Below, piece after piece: positions 29,753 through 41,256 of a stretch of 64,000 bases of DNA. The position numbers and the translations under genes are program-made. Below the pieces are notes generated by a model. The model was not told the origin of the DNA. It saw nothing but the letters and a program-made list of their open reading frames with translations, and made no database searches. Position 1 is the stretch's first letter, and each line of letters opens with the position of its first letter. This DNA comes from an uncultured Planctomycetaceae bacterium (GTDB lineage: Bacteria > Planctomycetota > Planctomycetia > Isosphaerales > Isosphaeraceae), in NCBI GenBank assembly GCA_963833985.1, contig CAWIAD010000002.1:1536001-1600000 (forward strand), read 5' to 3'.

Positions 29753-30361
29753 TGGTGGGCCTCATTTCATTCGACCCACCCTACCTGTAGATCCGAAGCG
29801 CATTTCGGTGCTGCGGGCCCGTATGGTGGGCCTCATTTCATTCGACCCACCCTACCTGTAGATCCGAAGCGCATTTCGGTGCTGCGGGCCCGTATGGTGG
29901 GCCTCATTTCATTCGACCCACCCTACCTGTGGATCTGACTCGTATTCTGTTGACGTGGTATGGTATGGTGGGCCTCATTTCATTCGACCCACCCTACCTG
30001 TGGATCTGACGTGCATTCCGGTGCTGCGGGCCCGTAGAGGCTGCTGAGTGGTGGGCCTCATTTCATTCGACCCACCCTACCTGTGGATCTGACTCGTATT
30101 CCGTTGACGTGGTATGGTATGGTGGGCCTCATTTCATTCGACCCACCCTACCTGTAGATCCGAAGCGCATTTCGGTGCTGCGGGCCCGTATGGTGGGCCT
30201 CATTTCATTCGACCCACCCTACCTGTGGATCTGACTCGTATTCCGTTGACGTGGTATGGTATGGTGGGCCTCATTTCATTCGACCCACCCTACCTGTGGA
30301 TCTGAATTGTATTCTGTTGAGGTGGTATCGTAGGGTGGGTCGAGCGCAGCGAGGCCCACCA
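29753..30361 (-). repeat. REP array: eight direct 32-bp GTAG-REP copies (71-bp period, one 83-bp) plus one inverted REP
   Basis: TGGTGGGCCTCATTTCATTCGACCCACCCTAC starts at 29753, 29824, 29895, 29966, 30049, 30120, 30191 and 30262. Inverted variant GTAGGGTGGGTCGAGCGCAGCGAGGCCCACCA at 30330-30361. Confidence 0.95.
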
Positions 30362-30377
30362 GAGGCGGTGTCGCGGA

Positions 30378-30929
30378 TCATTCCCATCCTGGACCGGTGG
30401 CATCGGGGCAGGGGTCGTGGCCGCCCCAGTCCGGATCGTATTCGCCTTCCTTCACGAACCGATGAAACGTGGACCAGGGATAATCCGTGACCCGCTTGAC
30501 GAGCCCGTGCTTCACCGGGTTCCAGTGAACATAATCCACGCAACGCTTCAGATCATCCTCGTCCCGGCAGGCATGCTCCCAGTAGCGACGTTGCCAGATG
30601 CCGCGTTCCCGATGCCGCATGCGTGACTCAGACACCAGTGCTTCCTCGCCACCAGAGGCCAGGGACAATCGGCTGAACTGCTCCTTGATCTGCGCCCACC
30701 GGAGAGGGTATCTCTCATCTCCTGGAGGCAAGGCCCAGACCGTATGGAGGTGATCGGGCAAGAGCACGATGGCGAGCAAGCCGAACGGCTGTTTCTTTCT
30801 GACCGTCCGGATCGCGGTGCGCAGGCAGGCCCGAGCCGTGTCCGTGGTCAAGATCGGCCGGCGATCCTGCGTGACAACGGTGAAAAAGTACGTTCCGCCA
30901 GGGATGAAGAGCCGGCGGTACTCGGGCAT
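30378..30929 (-). CDS. rayT: REP-associated tyrosine transposase (RAYT/TnpA-REP, HUH Y1 family)
   Basis: M..YRR...PGGTYFFTVVT, LPDHLH (HUH), IWQRRYWEH, DYVHWNPVKHGLV, YPWSTF. Flanked on both sides by REPs. Confidence 0.95.
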   Translation of the reverse strand: MPEYRRLFIPGGTYFFTVVTQDRRPILTTDTARACLRTAIRTVRKKQPFGLLAIVLLPDHLHTVWALPPGDERYPLRWAQIKEQFSRLSLASGGEEALVSESRMRHRERGIWQRRYWEHACRDEDDLKRCVDYVHWNPVKHGLVKRVTDYPWSTFHRFVKEGEYDPDWGGHDPCPDATGPGWE

Positions 30930-30949
30930 GCTCGTTGTCGCGAAAGGAA

Positions 30950-31063
30950 TGGTGGGCCTCGCTTTGCTCGACCCACCCTACAATAGCGAAACTACCGGAC
31001 CATATGCAAAGCATCGATGAGATCCAAAGTTCGGTAGGGTGGGTCGAGCGTAGCGAGGCCCAC
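30950..31063. repeat. Inverted REP pair (REPIN-like) upstream of rayT
   Basis: TGGTGGGCCTCGCTTTGCTCGACCCACCCTAC (30950-30981) and GTAGGGTGGGTCGAGCGTAGCGAGGCCCAC (31034-31063). Confidence 0.9.
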
Positions 31064-31281
31064 ACACAGAACGGTTCGCGACGCGTTTCTTGCAGCGCGG
31101 GCTTGCGATCGAGGAACCTTGGGGTGGTGAATGGGCTCCCCGCAGTCCGAACCTGGGCCGCCCTGGAGGTCCAGCGACAATTCTCGTTCCGCGCGACCGA
31201 CTTCCGGACCGGCCAGGCGCCGGCTATGATCGAGCCGAGCGGAAGACGCGGCAAGCGCGGATAGAATTTGAGAGCCAGTTC

Positions 31282-32181
31282 GTGGACACCATCCTGACGC
31301 TCACCGGCGATCGGCGATCGCTTCAAAACCGTCACCTTCTTGTCCTTGCAACCTCGCTCATACTGATGGCAACGCGAGCGGTCATGACAGCAGAACAAGG
31401 CAAAGTGCGCGGTTCAGAAGGCTGGCGCCTGGCCTGCCGGCTGGCGAGCTACGGCAAGTTCCAGGATGGGGCCTGGGAGCACTTGCCGGCGATCGGCGTG
31501 CACCATGTGTTTCTGAGCGTCCCGGAACCGGAACAGGTCGAATCCGTCCGACGGCAACTCCAGGCGCATGGGCTCACGCCCTTGGTGCTGCGCGGGCAGG
31601 CCGACCTGGGAGACGCCGGCAGCGTGGAGACGCTGGCGGGTCAGCTTGCCGTATGCGAGCAGATGGGTGTTCATTTCATGTTCCTTTCACCCAGGCACAC
31701 CGGCGCCAGCAAGGAGCTTGCTTACCAGCGGCTCCGCCAAGTGGGCGAGATCGCCAGGCGCCACCACGTGACCGTGGTTTTGGAGACGCACCCGGACCTG
31801 GGAACCAATGCGGATGTCCAGCTCGAGACCATGAAGCAGGTCGATCATCCCAACATCCGCGTCAACTTCGACACGGGGAACATCACCTTCTACAACCAGG
31901 GGACCGATGCGGTTTCCGAACTGAAGAAGATCATCGGCTACGTGGCGACCGTCGAGCTCAAGGATCACGATGGGCGCCCAGGCAGCTGGACGTTTCCTGC
32001 GCTCGGCCAGGGAAAGGTCGACCTTGCGGGAGTGCTCGGGGTCCTGGAAGCCCACCATTACGCCGGACCGATCACCATCGAGGTTGAGGGGATCGAGGGC
32101 CAGCCCTGGGACCAGGCGCAGACCCGGCAAGCGATCGCGGATTCGGTCGCTCACCTGCGCAGACTCGCGCCTTTCCGGTGA
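31282..32181 (+). CDS. Sugar phosphate isomerase/epimerase (TIM barrel), possibly exported
   Basis: VLETHP, VNFDTGN, VELKD, ITIEVEG. Start uncertain (GTG 31282 or ATG 31366/31384). Confidence 0.85.
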   Translation: MDTILTLTGDRRSLQNRHLLVLATSLILMATRAVMTAEQGKVRGSEGWRLACRLASYGKFQDGAWEHLPAIGVHHVFLSVPEPEQVESVRRQLQAHGLTPLVLRGQADLGDAGSVETLAGQLAVCEQMGVHFMFLSPRHTGASKELAYQRLRQVGEIARRHHVTVVLETHPDLGTNADVQLETMKQVDHPNIRVNFDTGNITFYNQGTDAVSELKKIIGYVATVELKDHDGRPGSWTFPALGQGKVDLAGVLGVLEAHHYAGPITIEVEGIEGQPWDQAQTRQAIADSVAHLRRLAPFR

Positions 32182-32212
32182 GGACATCCGTAGCTGCCGT
32201 CAGGAGCCGAGC

Positions 32213-33676
32213 ATGTGCAAGAGCAAGTGGGCAGTCAGAACCCTGATCCGCACCGCCATGAGCGCTGGACTGCTCGCCCCGATGCTTCCGGCAGCACCCC
32301 CGATGCCGGTTCCAGGGCCGGCGGCCGGGGCCACGCTGCGGGCCGAGGCGCACGAATCCGGATTTTCCCAGGCGCACGATACCTATAATGGCCTCTCGGC
32401 CGCGAGTGACGGGCGGATTTACTACGTGCTCAGCACCGAGCGGTTCGATGTCGGGGCGCGGATGTTCGTCTTCGATCCCGCCAGCGGGAAGGTTCGCGAC
32501 CTGGGAGGCCTGACAGAGGCCTGCGGCGAGGCCGGAGGAAAGTCCATCGTCCAGGGGAAGAGCCACGTCAACTTCGTCGAGTCCAGGGGCAAGCTCTACT
32601 TCGCCACCCATGTCGGCTACTACTCGATCGTCGAGGGTATGGAGACCATGGGAGTGCCTCCCGAAGGTTATCAACCCTATCCGGGCGGGCATCTCCTGGC
32701 CTACGACATGAACAGCGGCAAGTTCGATGACCTGGCCATCGCACCGCACCGCGAAGGCATCCTGGCGATGAGCATGGACACAACGCGTGGGCGGATCTTC
32801 GGCCTCACCTGGCCGACGGGGCGGTTCTTCCGGTTCGACCTCGCCCGCCGCGATCTCAAGGACTTTGGCCCGGTCCGGGCGCTCGGCGAGCGTGGCCGCG
32901 GGGCGGAGTACCGGACGATCTGCCGGTCGATCGCCGTCGATCCGCGGGATGGGTCAGCCTACTTCACCGATTCGGAAGGGACCATTCACCGCTACCGCGC
33001 GGGCAGCGATGCGCTCGAGGTCGTGCCGGGCGACGACCTGAGGAAAGACTACTTCGGCCTCTACGATCCCACCTCGCCCGGCCACATGGGCTACAACTGG
33101 CGGCAGACGGTCTGGGTTCCGACGGCCGGGATGACTTACGGCGTGCACGGCAACTCCGGCTACCTCTTCCGCTTCGATCCCCGTGCTGGGCAGATCGAGG
33201 TGCTCGACCGCATCACCTCGCTCCCCTCGCGGCGCTCCGGCATGTTTGACCAGTTCAGCTACGGGTATCTCGGCTTCGCGCTCGGGCCCGACGGCCGGAC
33301 GATCTATTACCTGACCGGCGGACCCGTATACGTGGCGGGCAGGCGAGTGGCTGGCAAGTCGAAGACGGCCATGGGCGAGTCAAAGGGGGTCGAGAACCTG
33401 CACCTGGTCACCTACGACATTCCGACGGAGCGGTGTGTCGACCACGGCGCGATCTTCTTCGCCAGCGGGCAACGGCCTTCTTACGTGAATTCGATTGCCG
33501 TGGGGCTCGACGGCAGCGTCTACGCCCTGTCGCGCATCACCACGGATGGCAAGACGCGGACCGACCTGATGAGCGTCTCCGCCGCAGAGATCCAGGACAG
33601 GCTGGTCCGTGCTCGTGCACCGAACCAGGACACCACGCAAGTTCCGGACTTCAAGAACCAGGAGAGACAACCATGA
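32213..33676 (+). CDS. Secreted beta-propeller-like hypothetical protein
   Basis: AGGAG RBS, signal peptide. AHDTYNG...[31 protein letters not shown] blades. Stop overlaps the next start (ATGA). Confidence 0.75.
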   Translation: MCKSKWAVRTLIRTAMSAGLLAPMLPAAPPMPVPGPAAGATLRAEAHESGFSQAHDTYNGLSAASDGRIYYVLSTERFDVGARMFVFDPASGKVRDLGGLTEACGEAGGKSIVQGKSHVNFVESRGKLYFATHVGYYSIVEGMETMGVPPEGYQPYPGGHLLAYDMNSGKFDDLAIAPHREGILAMSMDTTRGRIFGLTWPTGRFFRFDLARRDLKDFGPVRALGERGRGAEYRTICRSIAVDPRDGSAYFTDSEGTIHRYRAGSDALEVVPGDDLRKDYFGLYDPTSPGHMGYNWRQTVWVPTAGMTYGVHGNSGYLFRFDPRAGQIEVLDRITSLPSRRSGMFDQFSYGYLGFALGPDGRTIYYLTGGPVYVAGRRVAGKSKTAMGESKGVENLHLVTYDIPTERCVDHGAIFFASGQRPSYVNSIAVGLDGSVYALSRITTDGKTRTDLMSVSAAEIQDRLVRARAPNQDTTQVPDFKNQERQP

Positions 33677-35010
33677 AGCGTTCCGTCGATCGGCGCTCGT
33701 TCCTGGCAACGTCCGCGGCTGCCGGTGCCGCGCTGGCGGTGACCTCGGCGGCCTCGGCCGAAAACGACAGGCCCGCGCTCCTGGGAGGCAAGCCCATCCG
33801 CCGCGAGGCGTTTCCCGGATGGCCGCGGTTTGACCAGCGCGATGAGAAGAACCTGCTCGACGTGTTGCACAGCGGCAAGTGGTTCCGCGGAGGGGGCGAG
33901 CGCGTGAACCGGTTCGAGGCGGCCTTCGCCAGCCTCAACGGAGCGAAACACTGCGTGGCGACCGCCAACGGAACCAGTGCGCTGTACGCTGCGCTGAACG
34001 CCCTGGGCGTGGAGCCGGGCGACGAGGTCATCGTACCGCCCTACACCTTCATCGCCACCATCAACGCGGTGCTCCTGCAATACGCCCTGCCCGTGTTCGT
34101 GGACACTGACCCGGAGACGTTCCAGATCGACGCCCGCAAGATCGAGGCGGCCATCACCGACCGCACGGTGGCGATCCTGCCGGTGCACCTGGGCGGCAAC
34201 GTGGCCGACATGGACGCGATCCTGGCTATTGCCGGGAGGCACAAATTGACCGTGCTGGAAGACGCCTGCCAGGCACACCTGGCGGAGTGGCGGGGCAAGA
34301 AGGTCGGGACCTTGGGGGCGGCGGGTTGCTTCAGCTTCCAGATCACCAAGAACTTGCCCTCCGGCGAAGGGGGCGCAATCATCACGTCCGACGCCGATCT
34401 TGCCGAGCGCTGCTTTGCCTTCCAGAACAACAACCGGGCAAGGGCCGTCACGGGTTACAACTTCTCCTATCTCGGGGCACGCGGGGCGAACCTGCGGATG
34501 ACGGAGTTCCAGGGCAACCTGCTGCTCGCCCAGATGACGCGGCTCGAGGAGCAATCGCGCACCCGCGAGCAGAACGCGGGTTACCTCGCCGGCATGCTCA
34601 AGGAGATTCCCGGGATCACCCCGGCGAAGATGTACGAGGGTTGCACGCGAAACGCCTTCCATCTTTTCATGTTCCGCTACAAGAGCGAGGCGTTCGGCGG
34701 CCTGCCGCGGGCCAAGTTCCTGCATGCGCTGGACGCCGAAGGCATTCCCTGCTCGCCCGGTTACGCACCGCTGAACAAAGAACCGTTCTTGCAGGTGGCG
34801 TTCGACTCGCGGGGCTTTCGCCGGATCTACCCCAGGGAGATCCTCGAGCGCTACGAGGCACGAAACCACTGCCCGGCCAACGACCAGTTGTGCGAGGAAG
34901 CGGTCTGGTTCACACAGACCATGTTCCTGGGCACGCGCAGCGACATGGACCAGATTGCGGCCGCCGTGCGCAAGATCCGGGCCCATGCGGAAGCGCTGGC
35001 ACGAGTTTGA
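33673..35010 (+). CDS. Tat-signal DegT/DnrJ/EryC1/StrS PLP-dependent aminotransferase
   Basis: DRRSFL twin-arginine motif, [43 protein letters not shown]. Confidence 0.93.
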   Translation: MKRSVDRRSFLATSAAAGAALAVTSAASAENDRPALLGGKPIRREAFPGWPRFDQRDEKNLLDVLHSGKWFRGGGERVNRFEAAFASLNGAKHCVATANGTSALYAALNALGVEPGDEVIVPPYTFIATINAVLLQYALPVFVDTDPETFQIDARKIEAAITDRTVAILPVHLGGNVADMDAILAIAGRHKLTVLEDACQAHLAEWRGKKVGTLGAAGCFSFQITKNLPSGEGGAIITSDADLAERCFAFQNNNRARAVTGYNFSYLGARGANLRMTEFQGNLLLAQMTRLEEQSRTREQNAGYLAGMLKEIPGITPAKMYEGCTRNAFHLFMFRYKSEAFGGLPRAKFLHALDAEGIPCSPGYAPLNKEPFLQVAFDSRGFRRIYPREILERYEARNHCPANDQLCEEAVWFTQTMFLGTRSDMDQIAAAVRKIRAHAEALARV

Positions 35011-35259
35011 GAATCTCTTTCGCCGTCGCTGAGCGAGTGGAGGGACGCACCCTGCTCCCTCAATTGCCCGGATCAGGTCGCGCCGTTTTCGAACCTGCAA
35101 TACCAAGGGCAACCGCCCGCCATCTGCGGGAGCCGGTGGCTTCTCATTGATGACCAGGAAATGGTATCCGTGATGGACGTTTACCGGGTGCTCATCCAGC
35201 GAGTCACCCTGGCTGAAGATGCCGGGAACATCGACGAGGTATCTGGCTTACCGTCGCCT

Positions 35260-35487
35260 CTATGCGGCATCGACGGCTTCATACACTTTGCCGACTTGCT
35301 TCAACCAGGCGACCTCCCCTTGTTGTGCATGTTCCTCAACCTCTCTGAGCCAGTTTATTGTTTCCGACTCATAACATGGCTCAGTGGGGTCGTCTGGGGG
35401 AATCACCATCTCAACCTCTACGGCCACAACGTAGCGCTCGGAGTGGACCCATCGAGTTGTCTTGATACGCTCTCCTGGAATCCGCAT
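35260..35487 (-). CDS. Small 75-aa hypothetical protein, candidate antitoxin
   Basis: MRIPGERIKTTRWVHSERYVVAVEVEMVIPPDDPTEPCYESETINWLREVEEHAQQGEVAWLKQVGKVYEAVDAA. Lower GC than neighbours. Resembles small 'VH.G.YVAEV.VEL' proteins found downstream of DUF4258-like genes (from recall, unverified). Confidence 0.55.
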   Translation of the reverse strand: MRIPGERIKTTRWVHSERYVVAVEVEMVIPPDDPTEPCYESETINWLREVEEHAQQGEVAWLKQVGKVYEAVDAA

Positions 35488-35597
35488 AGCGGTTAACCTC
35501 GATCGAAGAAATGGACGGTCACCAGTTTTGCAACCTCGCTCCTCGGCAGGTAGGACCAGACTGCCTTGAATTCGGTTCCGTCGGGCAGAGAACCAGC

Positions 35598-35734
35598 GCG
35601 GTTTTCTGACGGTTGCGGCAGTTTGTGAATTCTTGAAAGGGGGGGCAGACATTCCTGTCTGCCAGGGCAGGCCTGCTCCGGCAGGCAGGAATGCCTGCCC
35701 TCCGGTGTCAGTCTGCGATCCGAGTGAAAACCGC
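35598..35734 (-). mobile_element. MITE-like element, copy 2 (inverted relative to copy 1)
   Basis: GCGGTTTTC...GAAAACCGC ends and GGCAGACATTCCTGTCTGCC...GGCAGGCAGGAATGCCTGCC core, collinear with the reverse complement of 26217-26358. Confidence 0.75.
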
Positions 35735-35865
35735 ACCTGTGACCCATTCATGGCCTCTCACCGCATCACGAGCGTCCTGCCCAGATTGCGTAGGTGAGCG
35801 GGTGCCATCGGCCCGCACGACCTACGCACTTATTACTGGTTTGCTCACTGGCGATGCGGCACATC

Positions 35866-36768
<903 letters not shown>

Positions 36769-37152
36769 CTGCGAGTTCTCCTGATACAAGTGCGGCAGGG
36801 GCAAACCTGGACACATTGTCGCAACCCGGGCGGGCTGTCGCCAGAACCCAGCGAGTCGTCCGATCTCACGGGCTGGCCGCGACGGCAGTGTGGCGTTGCC
36901 GCGCAGGTCGCGCGGGAACCCGGGCGGGCAGGGAGGAGCGACGTAAAGATCGCGGCCCCCGGGCACCCAGAACCGGCCGAACGGATAGTGGCGGCAGGCG
37001 TAGGTGAAGTAGGACCACGCGCCCATCTTGATGAGCCGCGGGTCCTGGGTCGTGGCTCCGTTGAACCCACGACGCTCGGGCCCAGCACCGGTTCCCGCGA
37101 GACGCGCTCGAAGTGTTCGCCGTCGCGGCTGGCCGCCAGGCCGAGGGAACGC

Positions 37153-38500
37153 TCAGACCGATTCCACCTCAGGATGAGCATACGGCTGCCGGTAGGCCCG
37201 GCGCAGCAGCCGGTTTGCCTCTTCATCGTCGCGCACGCGTCCCTTGTCGGCGTCCCAGGCGATGGTGCGGCCGAGCTGGAGCGACAGGTTGGCGAGGATG
37301 CAGCTCGCGGTCGAGATGTGCCCCTCCTCGATGTCGGCCACCGGCTTGCCCCGCGACTGGATGGCCCTCAGCAGATCGATCAGGTGGTAGCGAATGGCCG
37401 GCGCGACGTGCCGCTCCAGGTCCTTCTCGGTGCGGTCCTCCGGGTACCGGTCCAGCTCGTAGGTGACATCCTTGTGGATGGGCGTTCCGCCTCCGTAAGG
37501 GATGAAGTCGTAGCTGTAGACGCTCAGCTTGAGCGTTCCCTTGTCGCCGTAGAGGGTCGCGCCCCAGGGATAGTTCGGGTCGACCTCCTGGCCCCAGGTG
37601 CGGTGCTGCCAGACGACGTTCAGATCGTCGAAGTCAAAGGTGGCGATCTGGGTGTCCGGAACGTTGGCCTTGCTGTTCTTGTCGACCAGGATGCCACCAG
37701 CCGAGGAGATCCGCCGGGGCCAGCCCAGACCCAGCATCCAGCGCACCATGTCGAGCATGTGGATGCACATGTCTCCCAGGATGCCGTTGCCATACTCCTT
37801 GAACGACCGCCAGCCGCGCGGGTGGATCATCGGGTTGAAGGGCCGCATCGGGGCCGGCCCGCACCACGCGTTCCAGTCCAGCGAATCGGGCGGTGCGGCG
37901 TCGGCTGGCTGACCTTGTCCGCGCATGTGATAATAGCAATACACTTCGGCATGGCCAATCTTGCCGAGCTTCCCTTCCTTGATGATCCGGTCGCGCGCTT
38001 CGATGAGGTGTGGCGTGCTGCGGCGCTGGGTGCCCACCTGGACAACGCGGCCGTGCTTGCGCCGCGGCGACCATGGCCTGACCCTCCACGACGTCCACGC
38101 TGATCGGCTTCTGGCAGTAGACATCGGCGCCGGCCTCGACGGCGGCGATCATCGTCAGGGCGTGCCAGTGATCGGGCGTGGCCACCAGCACGAGGTCGAG
38201 GTCTTTCTCGGCGAGCATCGCGCGGTAGTCGGTGTAGGTCCGGGGCGTCTTCTTCGACGCCTGACGCGCCGCGGCCATCTCGGCGGCTCTTGCAAGCATG
38301 TTGCGGTCGACGTCGCAGAGCGAAACGATCTCGATGGGTGCCACCTGGATGAGCCGCCAGAGATCACACTTGCCGTACCATCCCGAGCCGATGAGGCCCA
38401 CGCGCTTCGGCCTGTCATCCCAGAGCGCCCGGGCATGCTCTCCGAACGACGATAACGCAAGCCCGGCGGCACCGGTTTGCAGGAACGCGCGACGATTCAT
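37153..38500 (-). CDS. Tat-signal Gfo/Idh/MocA oxidoreductase; frameshift near 38060
   Basis: NRRAFL, VGLIGSGWYG, ATPDHWH, YCQKP, MVAAA|RKHGRVVQVGTQRRS, GDMCIHMLD. Confidence 0.92.
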
Positions 38501-38709
38501 GGCAAGTCTCCCTGGCCGAGGCGATCTGGCACGGACCCAGCTCTTACACTTTAGTGAGGCTCCGGCCCCTCCGCGAGGGGGCAGTCCTCAAACCGGGCCG
38601 ATCGGGGGCGGTGTGCGTTGCGGTCGCCCTCGTGATCCGGCCCGACACAGAAAAACGGCCAGGACAGTTGTCCTGGCCGCGGGATGAACCGGCGTGAGAC
38701 GAGGCGCCG

Positions 38710-39393
38710 TCACCGTGCTCTGGGGCGGAGCGATTCCTCGGCGCGGCGAGCGCCCGTCTTGACGTAGTCCGGCACGTCGGCCTTATCGAGATGCTCGTAG
38801 ATCGCCTGGGCCTCCTTGCGCTGGCCCTGGCTGCGGAGGACGTCCGCACAGCGGAAGAGGCCTTCGCTGACGGCGATGCGGTTGGCCTGGGGCGTGCTGG
38901 CGAGGGTCTTCTCCAGCGCGGTCGCGGCTTCGAGGTTGCCAATCTTGCCGAGCGCCCGCGCGGCCGCCTGCACAACCTCGGGATCGGACTCGCCAAGGCA
39001 CTTGACGAGTGCCGGGACGGCTGTCGGGTCGCGGCGCACGCCAATGCTGCCGATCACCCCAACGAGGAGACGGCCCTTGACCTTGCCGAGCGTGTCGCGA
39101 AGGGCGCTATCCACGGCCGGGTCCGGAATCGGTTCCAGGCCGTAGCGCGCCATGTGAGAGAGTTCTTCGTTGCAGAGCAGCGCGGCCAGGGGTGCTACCG
39201 ATTCACGAGTACCAATGCGTGCCAGCTCGCGGCAGGCGTCGGCCTTGGCCTTGCGGGGCGCATCCGACTTGAGGACGGCGATCAGCCTGGCTTCTTCGTC
39301 CTTGGCCGAGCCCTGGGCTTTCTGGGCGAAGGATTGCGGGGACGCGGCGACCAGCAGGGAAACCGCTGCGAGGGAGACGAGCGTTCTGTACAT
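38710..39393 (-). CDS. Secreted HEAT-repeat protein
   Basis: Signal peptide, ACRELARIG...SVAPLAALL, AVPALVKCL...AAARALGKIG. Lies between two Gfo/Idh/MocA genes. Confidence 0.85.
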   Translation of the reverse strand: MYRTLVSLAAVSLLVAASPQSFAQKAQGSAKDEEARLIAVLKSDAPRKAKADACRELARIGTRESVAPLAALLCNEELSHMARYGLEPIPDPAVDSALRDTLGKVKGRLLVGVIGSIGVRRDPTAVPALVKCLGESDPEVVQAAARALGKIGNLEAATALEKTLASTPQANRIAVSEGLFRCADVLRSQGQRKEAQAIYEHLDKADVPDYVKTGARRAEESLRPRAR

Positions 39394-39419
39394 GAGAGGA
39401 AGTCCTTCCTGAGGGATGT

Positions 39420-40754
39420 TCACATGATCCATGGTTCACGCTGGGCCCGGCTCCGCAGCCGGTTGGCTTCCGCATCGTTGACGAATTCTTCCTTCACGGG
39501 GTCGTAGTGCATGTCGCGCTTCAGCCACATGCAGATATTGGCGGCGTGCACCGTGCTCATCGAGCGGTGCATGACCTCGGGGTTGGCCACGGTCTGCTGC
39601 CGCGACTTGACGCAGTCGAAGAAGTTGCGGACGTGGTTCATGGGCCGCCGGGTGCGTTCCATGTACTCGGCCACGAGTTTGTCGGCCTCGGCGAGCAGTG
39701 ATGGCGAGGAGACTTCGGGCTTGTCGTAGCCGTCGGCGATGGTCACCCAGCCCTCGGTGCCCTCGAACCTCATTCCACACGATCCGTGCCAGCCCTCGCG
39801 CTGGAGGATCATCTGCACGCCGTTTGCGAACCTGGTCACCATGCCGTCACCGCTGTCGTTCTTGACGTAGCGGTATTCGATGGCGGAGGTGTTGAGTGCG
39901 TCGATGCCCGCCTGTGACTGGGCAAAGGTGTGGGCGCCCCATTCACCGATGCAACTGGTGTGAAAGTCGTAATGGCCGCGCCAGCTGCCGCGCACGTACG
40001 CGGGGTTGTAGGGCCGCCAGGGGCAGGGGCCAAGCCAGGTGTCCCAGTCGACTTCCTCCCTGGGCGGCTGAGTCTCGGCGGGGAGCCATGCGTGGTTCAT
40101 CTCGGCGGCATCCCAGGGGGCGATGTGCGCGCGGGCCGTGTGCACCTTGCCCAGCCGACCGGAACGGGCCAGCTCGATGGCAGCCACGAAGTTGCCCTCG
40201 CTGAGCCGCTGAGTGCCCGTCTGGTAGATGCGGCCGTAGTGGCGGGCGGTCTGAACCACGGCGCGGCCCTCGGCGATGGTCATGCACGAGGGCTTCTCGG
40301 AGTAGACGTCCTTGCCGGCCCGCATGGCCATGATGGTGGCCAGCGCATGCCAGCGATCGCCGGTGGCGATGAGCAGGGCGTCGATGTCGCCGCGGGACGC
40401 CAGAAACTCCCGCATGTCGGCGTACATCTTGCAGTCGCTATTGCCGTACTTCTTGTCGACCAGGCTCTTCACGTGTGCGCGACGCTCCTTGCGCACATCG
40501 CAGATCGCCACGAACTGCACGTCCTTCTCGGGCAACATCCAGTTCAGGTCATGCTCTCCCCGACTGCCGATGCCGATCGCCCCGAGGACAATCCGCTCGC
40601 TGGGCGCGACCGCACCGTCCCGGCCGAGCGCCGAGGCCGGCACGATCGTCGGTGCCAGCACGGCCCCGCCCGCTGCCGCGGTGGCCTTGAGACATGCGCG
40701 GCGCGTCAGTCGGGACCGGTCCTCTGTCCCTGTTCCGGATTTCGTTCCATTCAT
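39420..40754 (-). CDS. Tat-signal Gfo/Idh/MocA oxidoreductase
   Basis: TRRACL, PSERIVLGAIGIGSRG, ATGDRWH, YSEKP, QTGTQR, EWGAH. Confidence 0.93.
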   Translation of the reverse strand: MNGTKSGTGTEDRSRLTRRACLKATAAAGGAVLAPTIVPASALGRDGAVAPSERIVLGAIGIGSRGEHDLNWMLPEKDVQFVAICDVRKERRAHVKSLVDKKYGNSDCKMYADMREFLASRGDIDALLIATGDRWHALATIMAMRAGKDVYSEKPSCMTIAEGRAVVQTARHYGRIYQTGTQRLSEGNFVAAIELARSGRLGKVHTARAHIAPWDAAEMNHAWLPAETQPPREEVDWDTWLGPCPWRPYNPAYVRGSWRGHYDFHTSCIGEWGAHTFAQSQAGIDALNTSAIEYRYVKNDSGDGMVTRFANGVQMILQREGWHGSCGMRFEGTEGWVTIADGYDKPEVSSPSLLAEADKLVAEYMERTRRPMNHVRNFFDCVKSRQQTVANPEVMHRSMSTVHAANICMWLKRDMHYDPVKEEFVNDAEANRLRSRAQREPWIM

Positions 40755-41256
40755 TGCATCGCCTCCCTAGAGGTTCCTGGAGTTGGCCACGATGGCTTGC
40801 TTGCAAGGTCTCTTCGAGGCATGGACCCGCAATCCAGATACAGCATTCCCAAACCGGGCATCCCACTTGCAGGGGACGCATTGGGTTCACTTGAACGAGG
40901 AGCCACTGTTCCGAGTGGAACCCTGCCATCAATGGAACGCGATTACGCGGGGTGGGGACGTCCGGCCCGGCGGGTGAGCCTCTTGAAGTACGCGCGCATT
41001 GTCTCTCTTGGACTTCCCGGATACAAGCACCGACCCGGACCCCGGAAGTGAATTGCAACGCGTACCCCATGCGTGGCCGCGACGCATGGGAAGATGGCTG
41101 GGACCTTGGATTCTTGCAGCCCCGAATCCCTGGGGCCAGCGGAATTCTACGCTTATCCGCCGGCAGGATTTCTGTAAGATGAATTCAGGTGCGTGGAACA
41201 CATACGAAGTCACGCGTCAACAGGCCACCAGAGACTTTCACGTGAGGTGCAAGGGA

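Noticed and set aside
29753..30293. CRISPR array call for the 32-bp repeat / 39-bp spacer array
   Set aside because: Spacers are recurrent and related rather than unique, the repeats are GTAG-REP hairpins matching those flanking rayT, and no cas genes are present in the window.
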